Part shown: positions 19,313 to 28,176 of the stretch, one piece after another
Position numbering within the stretch: position 1 is the first letter of the stretch
Layout: each line of letters begins with the position of its first letter
Source: a virus
Taxonomy: Duplodnaviria; Heunggongvirae; Uroviricota; Caudoviricetes
DNA length: 64,000 nucleotides
IMG/VR virus record: IMGVR_UViG_3300021962_009794
Strand: one strand, 5' to 3'
Notes under the pieces: generated by a model
What the model was told of the DNA's origin: nothing
The model's input: the letters and a program-made list of their open reading frames with translations, nothing else
Database searches by the model: none
Made by a program: the position numbers and the translations under genes

Positions 19313-20239
19313 ATGTCCCAAAACATATCATTCGTAACAGTATCCGACGATAGATTCGGAAGGAAGGAAGGAAAATATTCAGCAACTCAGGATTTTATTT
19401 TGGACACATTCCGAAATTCACCTATGATATTTTCCAATTTTTTCTTCTGGAAATTTAATGATATACTGTCAACGGATTTCTATAAGGAAAATAAAAAGAT
19501 GCTGGACAATCCAGATCCTTCCATGAATGGCAGGTGCTACAAACCTTTTACCATATTAGAAGCACTCAAGTCTATAGAAGATGGGGATTTTTTAATCTAT
19601 AACGACGTTTCACCAGAGCATTGGAGAAATCTATCTTTTGACACCTCAATTTTTAGTTTAGATGTTATAAAGAATTTGTGCAGTTCAAACGGAGGTATTC
19701 TCACTACAGAAAGCGTTTGGATAGTGGACAATGAGGTTGCACCCCACACTCACGAGAACTTTACAACAGAGGCTTGTATGAATAGAATGGGTATGCAGAA
19801 ATATCGCCATTCGATACAGCACGCTTCGGGTATGATTGTTTTACAAAAATCTAAGAAGACGGTAGATTTCGTATCAGAGTGGTTAAAATGGAATCTTATA
19901 GATGAGTGTGCTAGTTTGTGCTCATTAGACGAGCCGGTGAAAGATTTCTATGGTGTTGATGTGGGAAGCTGCGGTAAAGTCGGTCACAGACACGATCAAT
20001 CTATTTCTGGATTACTTCTAAACGATCTGAACGGAAAGATAGTTAGAAATCCGGGAGGATTTAACTTTTTAGATTTTTGTAGAAAAGACTTTAATTACGA
20101 GTTCATCGAAACCAATCAAGGTCCAAGTGAGTATATCTACTGGAATACATTTGATGGTAGCAATTGGGTCTACTTGAAATCACCAAGAAATAAAGAAACA
20201 CAGGAAAGAATATCAACTGACCCTACAAATTTAAGATAA
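19313..20239 (+). CDS. putative GT-A-fold nucleotide-sugar transferase
   Basis: YKPFTILEALKSIEDGDFLIYND and GHRHDQSI motifs resemble viral GT-like proteins. Confidence 0.5.
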   Translation: MSQNISFVTVSDDRFGRKEGKYSATQDFILDTFRNSPMIFSNFFFWKFNDILSTDFYKENKKMLDNPDPSMNGRCYKPFTILEALKSIEDGDFLIYNDVSPEHWRNLSFDTSIFSLDVIKNLCSSNGGILTTESVWIVDNEVAPHTHENFTTEACMNRMGMQKYRHSIQHASGMIVLQKSKKTVDFVSEWLKWNLIDECASLCSLDEPVKDFYGVDVGSCGKVGHRHDQSISGLLLNDLNGKIVRNPGGFNFLDFCRKDFNYEFIETNQGPSEYIYWNTFDGSNWVYLKSPRNKETQERISTDPTNLR

Positions 20240-21388
20240 ATGACGCCAGAGGAAATCAAGGAAATACAGGATAGAATAGAAAAACTTACCTCATTAAAGA
20301 ATGAGTTAAAGAATGAAGAACAGGCCATAAAATTAACGATGAACTCTATCTACGGAGCGATCGGTAACAACTGGTTTGTCTGTTTCAATCCTGATGTAGC
20401 CGAAGCCGTTACTCTTCAGGGTCAAGATTTGATTAAGTATTCAGAGAAAGTGTTACATAAATACTTCCACGAATACTGGCATATTGATAAAGAGCTCCAC
20501 GAGAAACTTGGACTCACCACAGTTAAGAAGGTTTCTAAACCTTTAGTTGTTTATGGCGACACCGATTCCAACTATGTAACTTTTCAGGAAGTGGTAGACT
20601 CATGCGATTGGCAAGGTGATCCCAAGGATTTCATTCTTAAATTAAATGAGTTTAGGCTGACTGAATATCTCAAGAATTGTTTTGAACACTACTCTAAAAA
20701 ATGGGGTACTCAAAACTACCAAGATTTTGAGATGGAGAATCTAGCCATAAATGGAATATTTTTAGGTAAAAAGAAATACGTGACCAACCTGGTTTATTCG
20801 GATGGAATCCACATGGATCCTTTATCCCAATTAAAAACAACAGGGGTGGAAATGATTAAAGGGGGAACACCTCCTTTCGTTAGGGAGAAACTAATCTACC
20901 TTACTAAATTCATTTTCTCCAAAGGTCGCAGTTTCGAAATTAGGGAATTTGTTAAAGAACTTAAGGACATTAAGAGAGATTTTAAAATACAAGAGCCTAG
21001 AAACATCTCAGCGGCAATAGCTATTAATAACTATGAGAAATACATACTAAATGACGTAACTGCATTAGAAGTTACTAAGGGATGCCCTATTCAAGTTAGA
21101 GCTGCTGCTTATCACAACTATCTTCTGAATAAATCCAAGTACAAGGACAAATACCCGTTAATCAGAAGCGGAGAAAAAATCAATTACTATTTTGTTAAAA
21201 CCAAGTCTATTCTGGATAATAACGTTTTTGCATACTCTCAGGGAACCTATCCTTACGAATATGCTCCTCCAATTGATCATGATATGCAATTCACTAAGAC
21301 CATTTTGGATCCAATTAATCGATTCATCGAGGTTATGGGATACAATAGTATAAGTCCGAACTTATTCTTAATAAATGCTTTGTTTTAA
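20240..21388 (+). CDS. polB: family-B DNA polymerase, C-terminal subunit (motifs B and C, thumb)
   Basis: AIKLTMNSIYG (motif B), VYGDTDS (motif C), KKKY, TTGVE; hydrophobic ...NALF C-terminus like clamp-binding tails. Confidence 0.93.
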   Translation: MTPEEIKEIQDRIEKLTSLKNELKNEEQAIKLTMNSIYGAIGNNWFVCFNPDVAEAVTLQGQDLIKYSEKVLHKYFHEYWHIDKELHEKLGLTTVKKVSKPLVVYGDTDSNYVTFQEVVDSCDWQGDPKDFILKLNEFRLTEYLKNCFEHYSKKWGTQNYQDFEMENLAINGIFLGKKKYVTNLVYSDGIHMDPLSQLKTTGVEMIKGGTPPFVREKLIYLTKFIFSKGRSFEIREFVKELKDIKRDFKIQEPRNISAAIAINNYEKYILNDVTALEVTKGCPIQVRAAAYHNYLLNKSKYKDKYPLIRSGEKINYYFVKTKSILDNNVFAYSQGTYPYEYAPPIDHDMQFTKTILDPINRFIEVMGYNSISPNLFLINALF

Positions 21389-21393
21389 TATAT

Positions 21394-21609
21394 ATGGGGT
21401 TCAATAAAAGATACGTTCCGGAGCTAGATGTACTAATGGAGAGAAGAAAAAGATATGATTCAGACGAAGAATTTCTAAATTCTGTTGTGGGAAAGGCTGA
21501 TGCACTAATAGGCTCCGTGCAATCGATGGAATACCTAGATTCCATCTACGAAAAAATAAGCTCAGATGGAGACAAAAACAACGGAAGCAAGCATACTGGA
21601 CAATTATGA
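21394..21609 (+). CDS. hypothetical protein
   Basis: 71-aa ORF starting MGFNKRYV; AATATATA immediately upstream. Confidence 0.6.
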   Translation: MGFNKRYVPELDVLMERRKRYDSDEEFLNSVVGKADALIGSVQSMEYLDSIYEKISSDGDKNNGSKHTGQL

Positions 21610-21835
21610 TTCCTACAGAAATTTTATACTAGAAGAAGCTGAAATAGTTTTAAGGGAAAGAAAAAGGTTTGTCCAAACCGATTCAATAGCTTCAATAACA
21701 AAGCTTTTCAACCTGGACCAGATGATAGATTTCTTCTATCTGGAAGGAGAATATGAGATTGTTCAGGATTTAACTAATTTAAAAAGAGCTATTATGATTA
21801 AGCACTTTTTAAAGGGCCAGATAAGTGATATATAG
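21566..21835 (+). CDS. hypothetical protein with UVR-like motif (FYLEGEYEIVQDL)
   Basis: 89-aa ORF. Confidence 0.6.
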   Translation: METKTTEASILDNYDSYRNFILEEAEIVLRERKRFVQTDSIASITKLFNLDQMIDFFYLEGEYEIVQDLTNLKRAIMIKHFLKGQISDI

Positions 21836-21856
21836 GGTATAAAATAAGAAACATTG

Positions 21857-23314
21857 ATGGCCGATAAAGTATTAGATTTTTGGTCCTTTTTGAATGAGTC
21901 AAAGGGGGAAACCACTAAGGTTATAGTTCTAACTGGGAATACGAAGGGAAGTAAGACTGCTAAATCCTTTGCAGAACAGTGTGAAAAAAGGGGAGCAGAA
22001 TGCTATGTCGTAGATGTAAACCAAACAGTAATGGAAAAGGTTTACAACGGACACCTCTTAAAAACAGGAGAAGAGGGAATCTTGATAGATCCAAATTCAA
22101 CAGTAATCGTGCCTAGAAGAGGGGTTATCGAAAACTCTTACACTAAGCAGCTATTAGAACAACTGGAGGCTAATAGATATTTTACAGTAAACACATTAGA
22201 ATCTATCGAGGTTTGTGAAAATAAATACACAACTTCTCAATATTTAGAGGAAGCGGGATTACCCGTACCTAAGTATGCTCTGGTACCAAACGAGGATTTC
22301 TTAGATCAATCTTTAGAACAAATAGGCGGCAAATTCCCTATTATAATGAAGCTTTTATCGGGTACACAGGGTATAGGAGTTTCTATAGTGGATTCATACG
22401 CATCTCTAAAATCTGTTTACCAAACGATCAGAAAACTTGACGAAACAAGCGAAATCTTGGTTCAAGAAAAAATTGACTCCAACTTCGATCTAAGAATCCA
22501 AGTTATTCTTAAAAACTTCGACCCTATAAATCCTTCAGTAGACAACTGCATAATCTTAGGCTCTATGAAAAGGGAAGCTGTTGAGAAGGACTTTAGAACA
22601 AACTACTCATTAGGTGGTTCGGTTTCTAACTACGAAATACCGGAGGATCTAGTTGAAATAGCTTGTAAGGCAGCTAACGCAGTGGGATGTCACTGGTGTG
22701 GAGTTGATATAATGATTGACAAAAAATCTAAGAAGCCTTATATTTTGGAGGTAAACTCTTCTCCAGGAACGGAAGGTATATCTAAGGCAATAGGAAAACC
22801 AATTGTAAATGACGTTTTAGATTACCTTTTAGATAAAGCTAATTGGAGCTACTCAAACCTAGAAATAGGATATCTAGAACAAATCACAGTACCAGGTATT
22901 GGAAATATGATAGCTAAATTTGACACTGGAAACGGTGCAAAATCTTGTACTATCCATGCAGATGAAATAGAGGAAAGAGGTAAGAAGCTTATCTGGTCAG
23001 TGGGAGGAAAAAAATTCGTAAATGACATCATAGGATATTCCGATGCTGAGGTTGGTAGGGATACCCACACTAGACCAATCATACAGACAAATCTTGAATT
23101 TAATGGTATCCTAGTACCTGATGTTAAAGTTTCACCAGTCGATAGAACCGAAAAGAGCACGCCTTTCTTAGCTAATAGAGCTTTTATGAAGAGATTAGGT
23201 CTTATAGTTAATCCAAACAAGGCATTCGTTGTTACTAACGAGCCTGAGGATAAATATAGCCCGGGCAAAGCAAAAGGTGAACAACACGCTGGAATCTACT
23301 TTGAAAATAAATAA
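21857..23314 (+). CDS. rimK: RimK-family ATP-grasp ligase fused to a RimB-like (DTG) protease
   Basis: PIIMKLLSGTQGIGV, VQEKI, DLRIQV, FRTNYSLGG, GVDI, LEVNSSPG; C-terminal AKFDTGN...RP...DR...FLANR. ATG start 21857; GATATATA at 21827-21834. Confidence 0.9.
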   Translation: MADKVLDFWSFLNESKGETTKVIVLTGNTKGSKTAKSFAEQCEKRGAECYVVDVNQTVMEKVYNGHLLKTGEEGILIDPNSTVIVPRRGVIENSYTKQLLEQLEANRYFTVNTLESIEVCENKYTTSQYLEEAGLPVPKYALVPNEDFLDQSLEQIGGKFPIIMKLLSGTQGIGVSIVDSYASLKSVYQTIRKLDETSEILVQEKIDSNFDLRIQVILKNFDPINPSVDNCIILGSMKREAVEKDFRTNYSLGGSVSNYEIPEDLVEIACKAANAVGCHWCGVDIMIDKKSKKPYILEVNSSPGTEGISKAIGKPIVNDVLDYLLDKANWSYSNLEIGYLEQITVPGIGNMIAKFDTGNGAKSCTIHADEIEERGKKLIWSVGGKKFVNDIIGYSDAEVGRDTHTRPIIQTNLEFNGILVPDVKVSPVDRTEKSTPFLANRAFMKRLGLIVNPNKAFVVTNEPEDKYSPGKAKGEQHAGIYFENK

Positions 23315-23320
23315 TAAAAT

Positions 23321-23503
23321 ATGAGCTCACAAGAAGAAAAATCAGAAAAAATACAAGTACTTCTATCTGAAGAGGATCTAACCGATCTTAGTAGAAAGAT
23401 AGCTAAGGCTGCACTAGCAAAAGGTGAAGCACCTGTATCAATCTCTCACTATGTTAGAAGACTAATTAGAAGAGATTTGGGTAAAAGCACAAGTAAGGAT
23501 TAA
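23321..23503 (+). CDS. ribbon-helix-helix-like DNA-binding protein
   Basis: KIQVLLSEEDLTDL...SISHYVRRLIRRDL follows the beta-alpha-alpha pattern. Confidence 0.6.
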   Translation: MSSQEEKSEKIQVLLSEEDLTDLSRKIAKAALAKGEAPVSISHYVRRLIRRDLGKSTSKD

Positions 23504-23823
23504 TTCTTACCGAAAAAGTCTTTGAATGATAATACTCTAGGTGAGGAATCACTTAGAGTATTTTTTTGCTCCGTTTCTTCCTCTTCCTCCGGATCTTCTA
23601 TCCCATCAACTCCTTCTACCCCGGATTCTCCTGGAGAATCATGTCCAGTATCTTCTGGTTTTTTCCCTGATTCCTGACCTACCTCAACTTCAGCTGTCGA
23701 ATCTTCCTCAGGTTCTATTTCAAGTTCATCCCAAGATCCTTGTCCTTCTTCCCTCCCAATTTCTGGGTTTAATTGTGATGTGTCTGGAGATATCTCGTCC
23801 CCTGATAATTGTTCGCCTTCCAT
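23500..23823 (-). CDS. very acidic, disordered hypothetical protein
   Basis: E/D/G/P/S-rich; ends PRVLSFKDFFGKN. Confidence 0.55.
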   Translation of the reverse strand: MEGEQLSGDEISPDTSQLNPEIGREEGQGSWDELEIEPEEDSTAEVEVGQESGKKPEDTGHDSPGESGVEGVDGIEDPEEEEETEQKNTLSDSSPRVLSFKDFFGKN

Positions 23824-23852
23824 TTTAGTATAGTTTAGATGATATATATTAT

Positions 23853-24170
23853 ATGAAAAAAATACTGGAATTCTCCGACTATTTAGACGATTTAGATTTA
23901 AGCCAGGAAGAGCAGGCGGAGATCAAGAATTGGATAAAGAAATACGAGAAGTATTTTAATTTCCACGATAGCGGTAACTTTATGGATTCTGTGGATCAAA
24001 TAACAACCGACGCTTTAAATCAGCTTGGCATAGACAAATCTAAAAAAGACGAGGTTCAAAGCTATATAGAAAGCCTATACGATTTATCTGACGGTATATC
24101 TGTTATTATGGCACCAGAGCCAGAGATCAATTATAATGGTATTGATCAGGTTCAAAGATTCCAATATTAA
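23853..24170 (+). CDS. hypothetical protein with MKKILEFSDY N-terminal motif
   Basis: 105-aa ORF; GATATATA at 23841-23848. Confidence 0.7.
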   Translation: MKKILEFSDYLDDLDLSQEEQAEIKNWIKKYEKYFNFHDSGNFMDSVDQITTDALNQLGIDKSKKDEVQSYIESLYDLSDGISVIMAPEPEINYNGIDQVQRFQY

Positions 24171-24224
24171 ATCTAATTTTTTCTTATACGTCAAAGATAT
24201 ATTGTGGGATAATAAACCAGCAAT

Positions 24225-24437
24225 ATGTCACAACCGTCCCAAACATTCGATCAGAAACCACAGAAAATAGTTGGGGTCTACCTAACTGAACTTGGCTTTG
24301 TAATGGCCAAGATTAAAATGTCAAATTCTACCCACATGAACGTTAAAATCGCTGATATTAACGATCTTCTCCCTCCTGAATTCGCCAGTTTGCCAATTGA
24401 TCTTGATGACTGGAGATTTGTCCCCTGCTGTGAATAA
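24225..24437 (+). CDS. hypothetical protein
   Basis: 70-aa ORF. Confidence 0.55.
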   Translation: MSQPSQTFDQKPQKIVGVYLTELGFVMAKIKMSNSTHMNVKIADINDLLPPEFASLPIDLDDWRFVPCCE

Positions 24438-24449
24438 TCCGGATAAAAA

Positions 24450-24481
24450 TTTTTTTATCCCGGGTACAGAACATACATTTG
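24450..24481 (+). promoter_or_regulatory. host sigma-A-type promoter (T-tract/CCG/N11/TACATTTG)
   Basis: Fixed-spacing motif copy. Confidence 0.7.
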
Positions 24482-24506
24482 TACTAATCTTTAAAAAAAG
24501 AAAAAT

Positions 24507-24833
24507 ATGGAAAAGTACAATTTTAACTTGAAAGACTTTACTGAGAGGTTTAAGAAATTCTTCAGCAACCTGGGTAAAGTAGCCATTATCGTAACTGCCA
24601 TGGCATCCGGCTATGCTGCATCAGAGATCTATCATAGATACGAGACGACGGTCAGCAACCGTAAGATGTTTATGGTCAGATCCAAAGAATTTACCAAGGT
24701 GTGGGCTAACGACAAGGAGGTTTTGATTCTCGACACAAAAACAGGAACTACCCAGATTTTCGAGATGGGTGTTTTCGATCCGATCTTCAATTTCAGGGTT
24801 AATCAGATTTACAATGATCAAAAATCTAAGTAA
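24507..24833 (+). CDS. single-pass membrane protein
   Basis: Hydrophobic segment LGKVAIIVTAMASGYAAS. Confidence 0.6.
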   Translation: MEKYNFNLKDFTERFKKFFSNLGKVAIIVTAMASGYAASEIYHRYETTVSNRKMFMVRSKEFTKVWANDKEVLILDTKTGTTQIFEMGVFDPIFNFRVNQIYNDQKSK

Positions 24834-25354
24834 TGTTCAGAGGGATATACACGATCTTGGGAGCAATGATGCTGTCTATCCTTACTTTCTTCTATTTAGA
24901 AACTAGAGAAATAGAGACAGAGGAAAAGATAGCATTGAGAGGGAATCAGATAAACGAATCTTCCCCTCCTTGCCTTCAGATGTATTACCACATCGAGAAA
25001 TATTCTGAACAATACAGAATACCCAAGAACTATGCCTACGGCGTAGCATGGAAGGAAACAAGGTATGAAGGACCGTTCCAATGGAACTATGACCACGAGA
25101 GGGAAAGCTCAGCAGGTGCGGTTGGTCCTATGCAGGTAATGCCTTCAACAGCAAGAATGATGTGGGACGGCAAAATGATCTACAAGAAAAATCTGAAATC
25201 TGACATAAGACTAAACGTCGAAACCAGCATGAAGCTTCTTAGACACCTTTACGACAAGTACCGTGATTGGAAATTGGTTTTCGGAGCTTACAATACTGGC
25301 AGACCAATGGTAAACCAATATGCAATTGATGTTTATAATTATAGAATTAAATAA
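24833..25354 (+). CDS. soluble lytic transglycosylase (SLT) with N-terminal anchor
   Basis: AWKET (catalytic Glu), SSAGAVGPMQVMPSTA, AYNTG; N-terminal hydrophobic helix. Confidence 0.9.
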   Translation: MFRGIYTILGAMMLSILTFFYLETREIETEEKIALRGNQINESSPPCLQMYYHIEKYSEQYRIPKNYAYGVAWKETRYEGPFQWNYDHERESSAGAVGPMQVMPSTARMMWDGKMIYKKNLKSDIRLNVETSMKLLRHLYDKYRDWKLVFGAYNTGRPMVNQYAIDVYNYRIK

Positions 25355-25362
25355 ATGAGGAC

Positions 25363-25428
25363 ATGACATTTTTTATAGTAGCTGCTCTTATTATTATAGG
25401 CATTTGGCTTATGAGAGACGATGATTAA
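25363..25428 (+). CDS. 21-aa hydrophobic micro-protein MTFFIVAALIIIGIWLMRDDD (not in ORF track)
   Basis: ATG...TAA directly after the SLT gene; one transmembrane helix with an acidic tail. Confidence 0.45.
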   Translation: MTFFIVAALIIIGIWLMRDDD

Positions 25429-25505
25429 AAGTAAAATCCAGATAATATCTGGATTTTTTTTTGCTCTTTGGTCTATAAAATAATAACTTAAAAATTAGAG
25501 ACTCA

Positions 25506-26453
25506 GTGAGACCCGATAAAGCTCTTTACGTGGATTGGTACATGCCAAGAAAAAGAAGAGGCGTTTTAAGCAGATTTAAAAAGCCGTGGGAGATAGCAAT
25601 GATTATAAGATCCGCTTATTTTTCAAAGGAGATTAACGGATTGAGCCCAGTTTTATATTGCGACCCTGAGATATACGAGTATTATAAAGAAACCGGATTG
25701 GACAAATGCTTTGATGAGGTTAGACCAGTTCTCCCTACTGAGGTTGATTTTGATCCTTCCATATTTTGGTCAGCCGGAAAATTTTTAGCTATTAGGGATA
25801 TAGAAGAAAGTTTTTTTATGGTGGATCTGGATGCTGAGGTTAGGTTTGAAATTGATTTTTCTGGCTGTGACGTTTTTTGCTCCCATATAGAAGGCATAAA
25901 TGATAGCGATCTTATTTACTATCCTAATCCCGAATATCTAGACCCCAATAGATATTTCTCTAGAACCTATGGTATTACCTGGGACAATAAAGCATATAAC
26001 ACATCTCTTCTTTATTTTAAGGATCTTAATAAGGCTAAGGAATATGCTAATGAGGCTTTGAACTTTATCGCTAGTATAGACAAGATAGACCCAGCTTTTG
26101 AAAGAGGATACACACTCCTTGCAGAGCAAAGATACCTCTATGAATTCTGCAAAGATCAGAAAATGGAGGTAAGAACTCTAATCAGCGGTCTTTATAAAAC
26201 TGAGGACAAGATAAGAAAAACCGGTTGCTATTTTGAGGATTCTAATGTGGATGAAATAAGTCAGAAGGGATTCCTTCACATTTGGGGATTTAAGAACAAG
26301 ATACATAATCTAGAAGAGGAAGAGCAAATTATATTTGGTCAGCTTATATCTTCAAGATTGAATCTCAAGGATCATATAATTGAATGCGTCAGAAAGAACA
26401 GGGAATTGTATGGACCCGAAACAAATAATTTACAATCTTCTATAGATACATAA
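25506..26453 (+). CDS. DUF6734-like putative nucleotide-diphospho-sugar transferase
   Basis: FWSAGKFLA...FFMVDLD (DxD), YNTSLLYF, LAEQRYL, FLHIWG. Start codon uncertain. Confidence 0.55.
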   Translation: MRPDKALYVDWYMPRKRRGVLSRFKKPWEIAMIIRSAYFSKEINGLSPVLYCDPEIYEYYKETGLDKCFDEVRPVLPTEVDFDPSIFWSAGKFLAIRDIEESFFMVDLDAEVRFEIDFSGCDVFCSHIEGINDSDLIYYPNPEYLDPNRYFSRTYGITWDNKAYNTSLLYFKDLNKAKEYANEALNFIASIDKIDPAFERGYTLLAEQRYLYEFCKDQKMEVRTLISGLYKTEDKIRKTGCYFEDSNVDEISQKGFLHIWGFKNKIHNLEEEEQIIFGQLISSRLNLKDHIIECVRKNRELYGPETNNLQSSIDT

Positions 26454-26458
26454 TAAAT

Positions 26459-26900
26459 GGGCCTAACCGGAATTGATCCGCAGGCGTAGTTCTTTGAATG
26501 CAGGCAGTGTTAGTATCGGAAACACTTAAATAACCTATACACGCTATAAATGGCAAAAAATCAGTTTGGGACGTTATCAACGCGTTTGGTACTCCTGTAA
26601 ACGAGGTAGAGTACGCTTACGCTGCCTAACCTCCGGAGTCTCACTTACTCTGATTAAAAAATGTGAAACGGGAAAAAGGGTTAATAGTACCACAATCCGA
26701 CAACCATCAGTAACCCCGAAATACCCTTAAGATCGCTGTTAATGGAAGTCAAAAGTGGAGGATTAGTTCTCAGTAAACCGAACCACTATAAAATAAGGGA
26801 ATTGTGAAGTTTGTTCATTTAGAAAAATGATCTAAGCCTGTGAATGAGTTCTCTGAGTTAACTGAAGGAGACGAGGGTTCGAATCCCTCTAGGTCCACCA
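26459..26900 (+). ncRNA. ssrA: tmRNA (transfer-messenger RNA), about 442 nt
   Basis: Acceptor stem GGGCCTA/TAGGTCC with G3-U wobble, encoded ACCA end, T-arm GAGGG-TTCGAAT-CCCTC; tag ORF 26552-26629 GKKSVWDVINAFGTPVNEVEYAYAA-stop after ATAAAT. Confidence 0.95.
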
Positions 26901-26902
26901 TT

Positions 26903-26935
26903 AAATCCTTGCCAATCAATTGGCAAGGATTTTTT
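26903..26935 (+). terminator. intrinsic terminator after tmRNA
   Basis: AAATCCTTGCCAAT-CA-ATTGGCAAGGATTT followed by T-tract. Confidence 0.85.
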
Positions 26936-26990
26936 ATGAAACAAATTTTCCGGATTGATATATAATAATCACTAATTAAAAATCAAAACT

Positions 26991-27290
26991 ATGCAAATCT
27001 TAATCATCTTGTTAATCGTATTGGGTCTTATCGTTATCGGATCTCGATTCTTAAATAAAAAAGACGAGCCCGCTCAAGAACCGGCTCCGGAAGTAAAAGA
27101 AGAATATCCGGTAGTTGTTAAAGCTACGGTTCCACCAACTTCGGGTCCTTCTGTTTTAGGTTCGGTCGAAAAGCCAAAATCCATTAAAAAAGAAAAAGCT
27201 CCCAAGAAAGAAAAATCTATCTCTAAAGAGAGAGGAGCAAAGAGAGGAAGGAAACCTAAAAGTAAAGGCGACGACTTACTTTTAAGCTAA
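26991..27290 (+). CDS. N-terminally anchored Pro/Lys-rich membrane protein
   Basis: MQILIILLIVLGLIVIG followed by a P/K/E-rich tail; GATATATA at 26957-26964. Confidence 0.65.
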   Translation: MQILIILLIVLGLIVIGSRFLNKKDEPAQEPAPEVKEEYPVVVKATVPPTSGPSVLGSVEKPKSIKKEKAPKKEKSISKERGAKRGRKPKSKGDDLLLS

Positions 27291-27313
27291 GATAAACCGA
27301 AACTATAATCAGC

Positions 27314-27347
27314 AAACCTGCTAATAATAATATTAGCAGGTTTTTTT
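27314..27347 (+). terminator. intrinsic terminator
   Basis: AAACCTGCTAATA-ATAA-TATTAGCAGGTTT followed by T-tract. Confidence 0.85.
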
Positions 27348-27358
27348 ATGCGAAAAAA

Positions 27359-27390
27359 TTTTTTTTACCCGTCGGGAGAGATTAGATTTG
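27359..27390 (+). promoter_or_regulatory. host sigma-A-type promoter (T-tract/CCG/N11/TAGATTTG)
   Basis: Fixed-spacing motif copy. Confidence 0.7.
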
Positions 27391-27424
27391 CGTAAACTAA
27401 AAGGTAAACTAACTATTTATAAAA

Positions 27425-27856
27425 ATGGACCCAAAATTTCACAACTTAAAAAGAATTGCTCAGAAGTTCGGTATCAAATTCTCTAGGCTCATGAATCCTA
27501 TGGATAATGGAAGAATGACACAAAGCGAAAGAGAAGCTTCAGCTATCTTTAGAAAGCTCTTAAAAGAGCCGGAGTCCGAGTTACTCACGTCTCCACTCTC
27601 GGGAAAATATTATCTCCGAGCAGAGGACAAATCGATGTTATTAGTTCTCGGTAATGGGCAAATTTCTATCGTTAATCACGTTTATGGCTACAATGTTCCT
27701 TTATCTCAAAAGTGTGAAAGAATGCTGACTGATACTTTCCTTGATGAAGTTGAATCTAGGAGAAATCTGATGGAAGATGAGTATAAGAACAATGTTCAAC
27801 ATAGCCTTAAAGCTATCATAAAAAATCTAAATGAGAAAGAGCAACAAATTCGATAA
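27425..27856 (+). CDS. hypothetical protein
   Basis: 143-aa ORF behind a promoter. Confidence 0.7.
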   Translation: MDPKFHNLKRIAQKFGIKFSRLMNPMDNGRMTQSEREASAIFRKLLKEPESELLTSPLSGKYYLRAEDKSMLLVLGNGQISIVNHVYGYNVPLSQKCERMLTDTFLDEVESRRNLMEDEYKNNVQHSLKAIIKNLNEKEQQIR

Positions 27857-28154
27857 GGTATTCCTAGTTGGACTTATACCATTATTTTTCCTAGCGGCAA
27901 TTGCTGCGATGTTCGGAATTGGAATTTTCTATGCTTCGAACAAATCCAAAACTGAGGAGAAATCTGTTACACCTTCCTATTCTGAACACGTTTGTCCTAA
28001 AAGGGAAAAGATTTATGTACATGACACAGTTTATATAAAAGTTCCACAATTGTGTAATAAACAGCACGTTCAATTGGACGAGCTCAAGACACCTGCATCT
28101 AATTCACCTGATGCCATTAACGACACAAACGGAACAGAGAATAGAGAAAATTAG
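27831..28154 (+). CDS. single-pass membrane protein
   Basis: Transmembrane VFLVGLIPLFFLAAIAAMFGIGIFY; VHDTVYIKVP motif. Confidence 0.65.
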   Translation: MRKSNKFDKVFLVGLIPLFFLAAIAAMFGIGIFYASNKSKTEEKSVTPSYSEHVCPKREKIYVHDTVYIKVPQLCNKQHVQLDELKTPASNSPDAINDTNGTENREN

Positions 28155-28176
28155 AAAGTTATAAAAAGACCAACCG

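Noticed and set aside
4980-20330. Split intein joining the two PolB halves
   Set aside because: No Cys/Ser-initiated N-intein block after the first half and no His-Asn/Cys-Ser-Thr junction in the second; the extra residues are short amphipathic helices.
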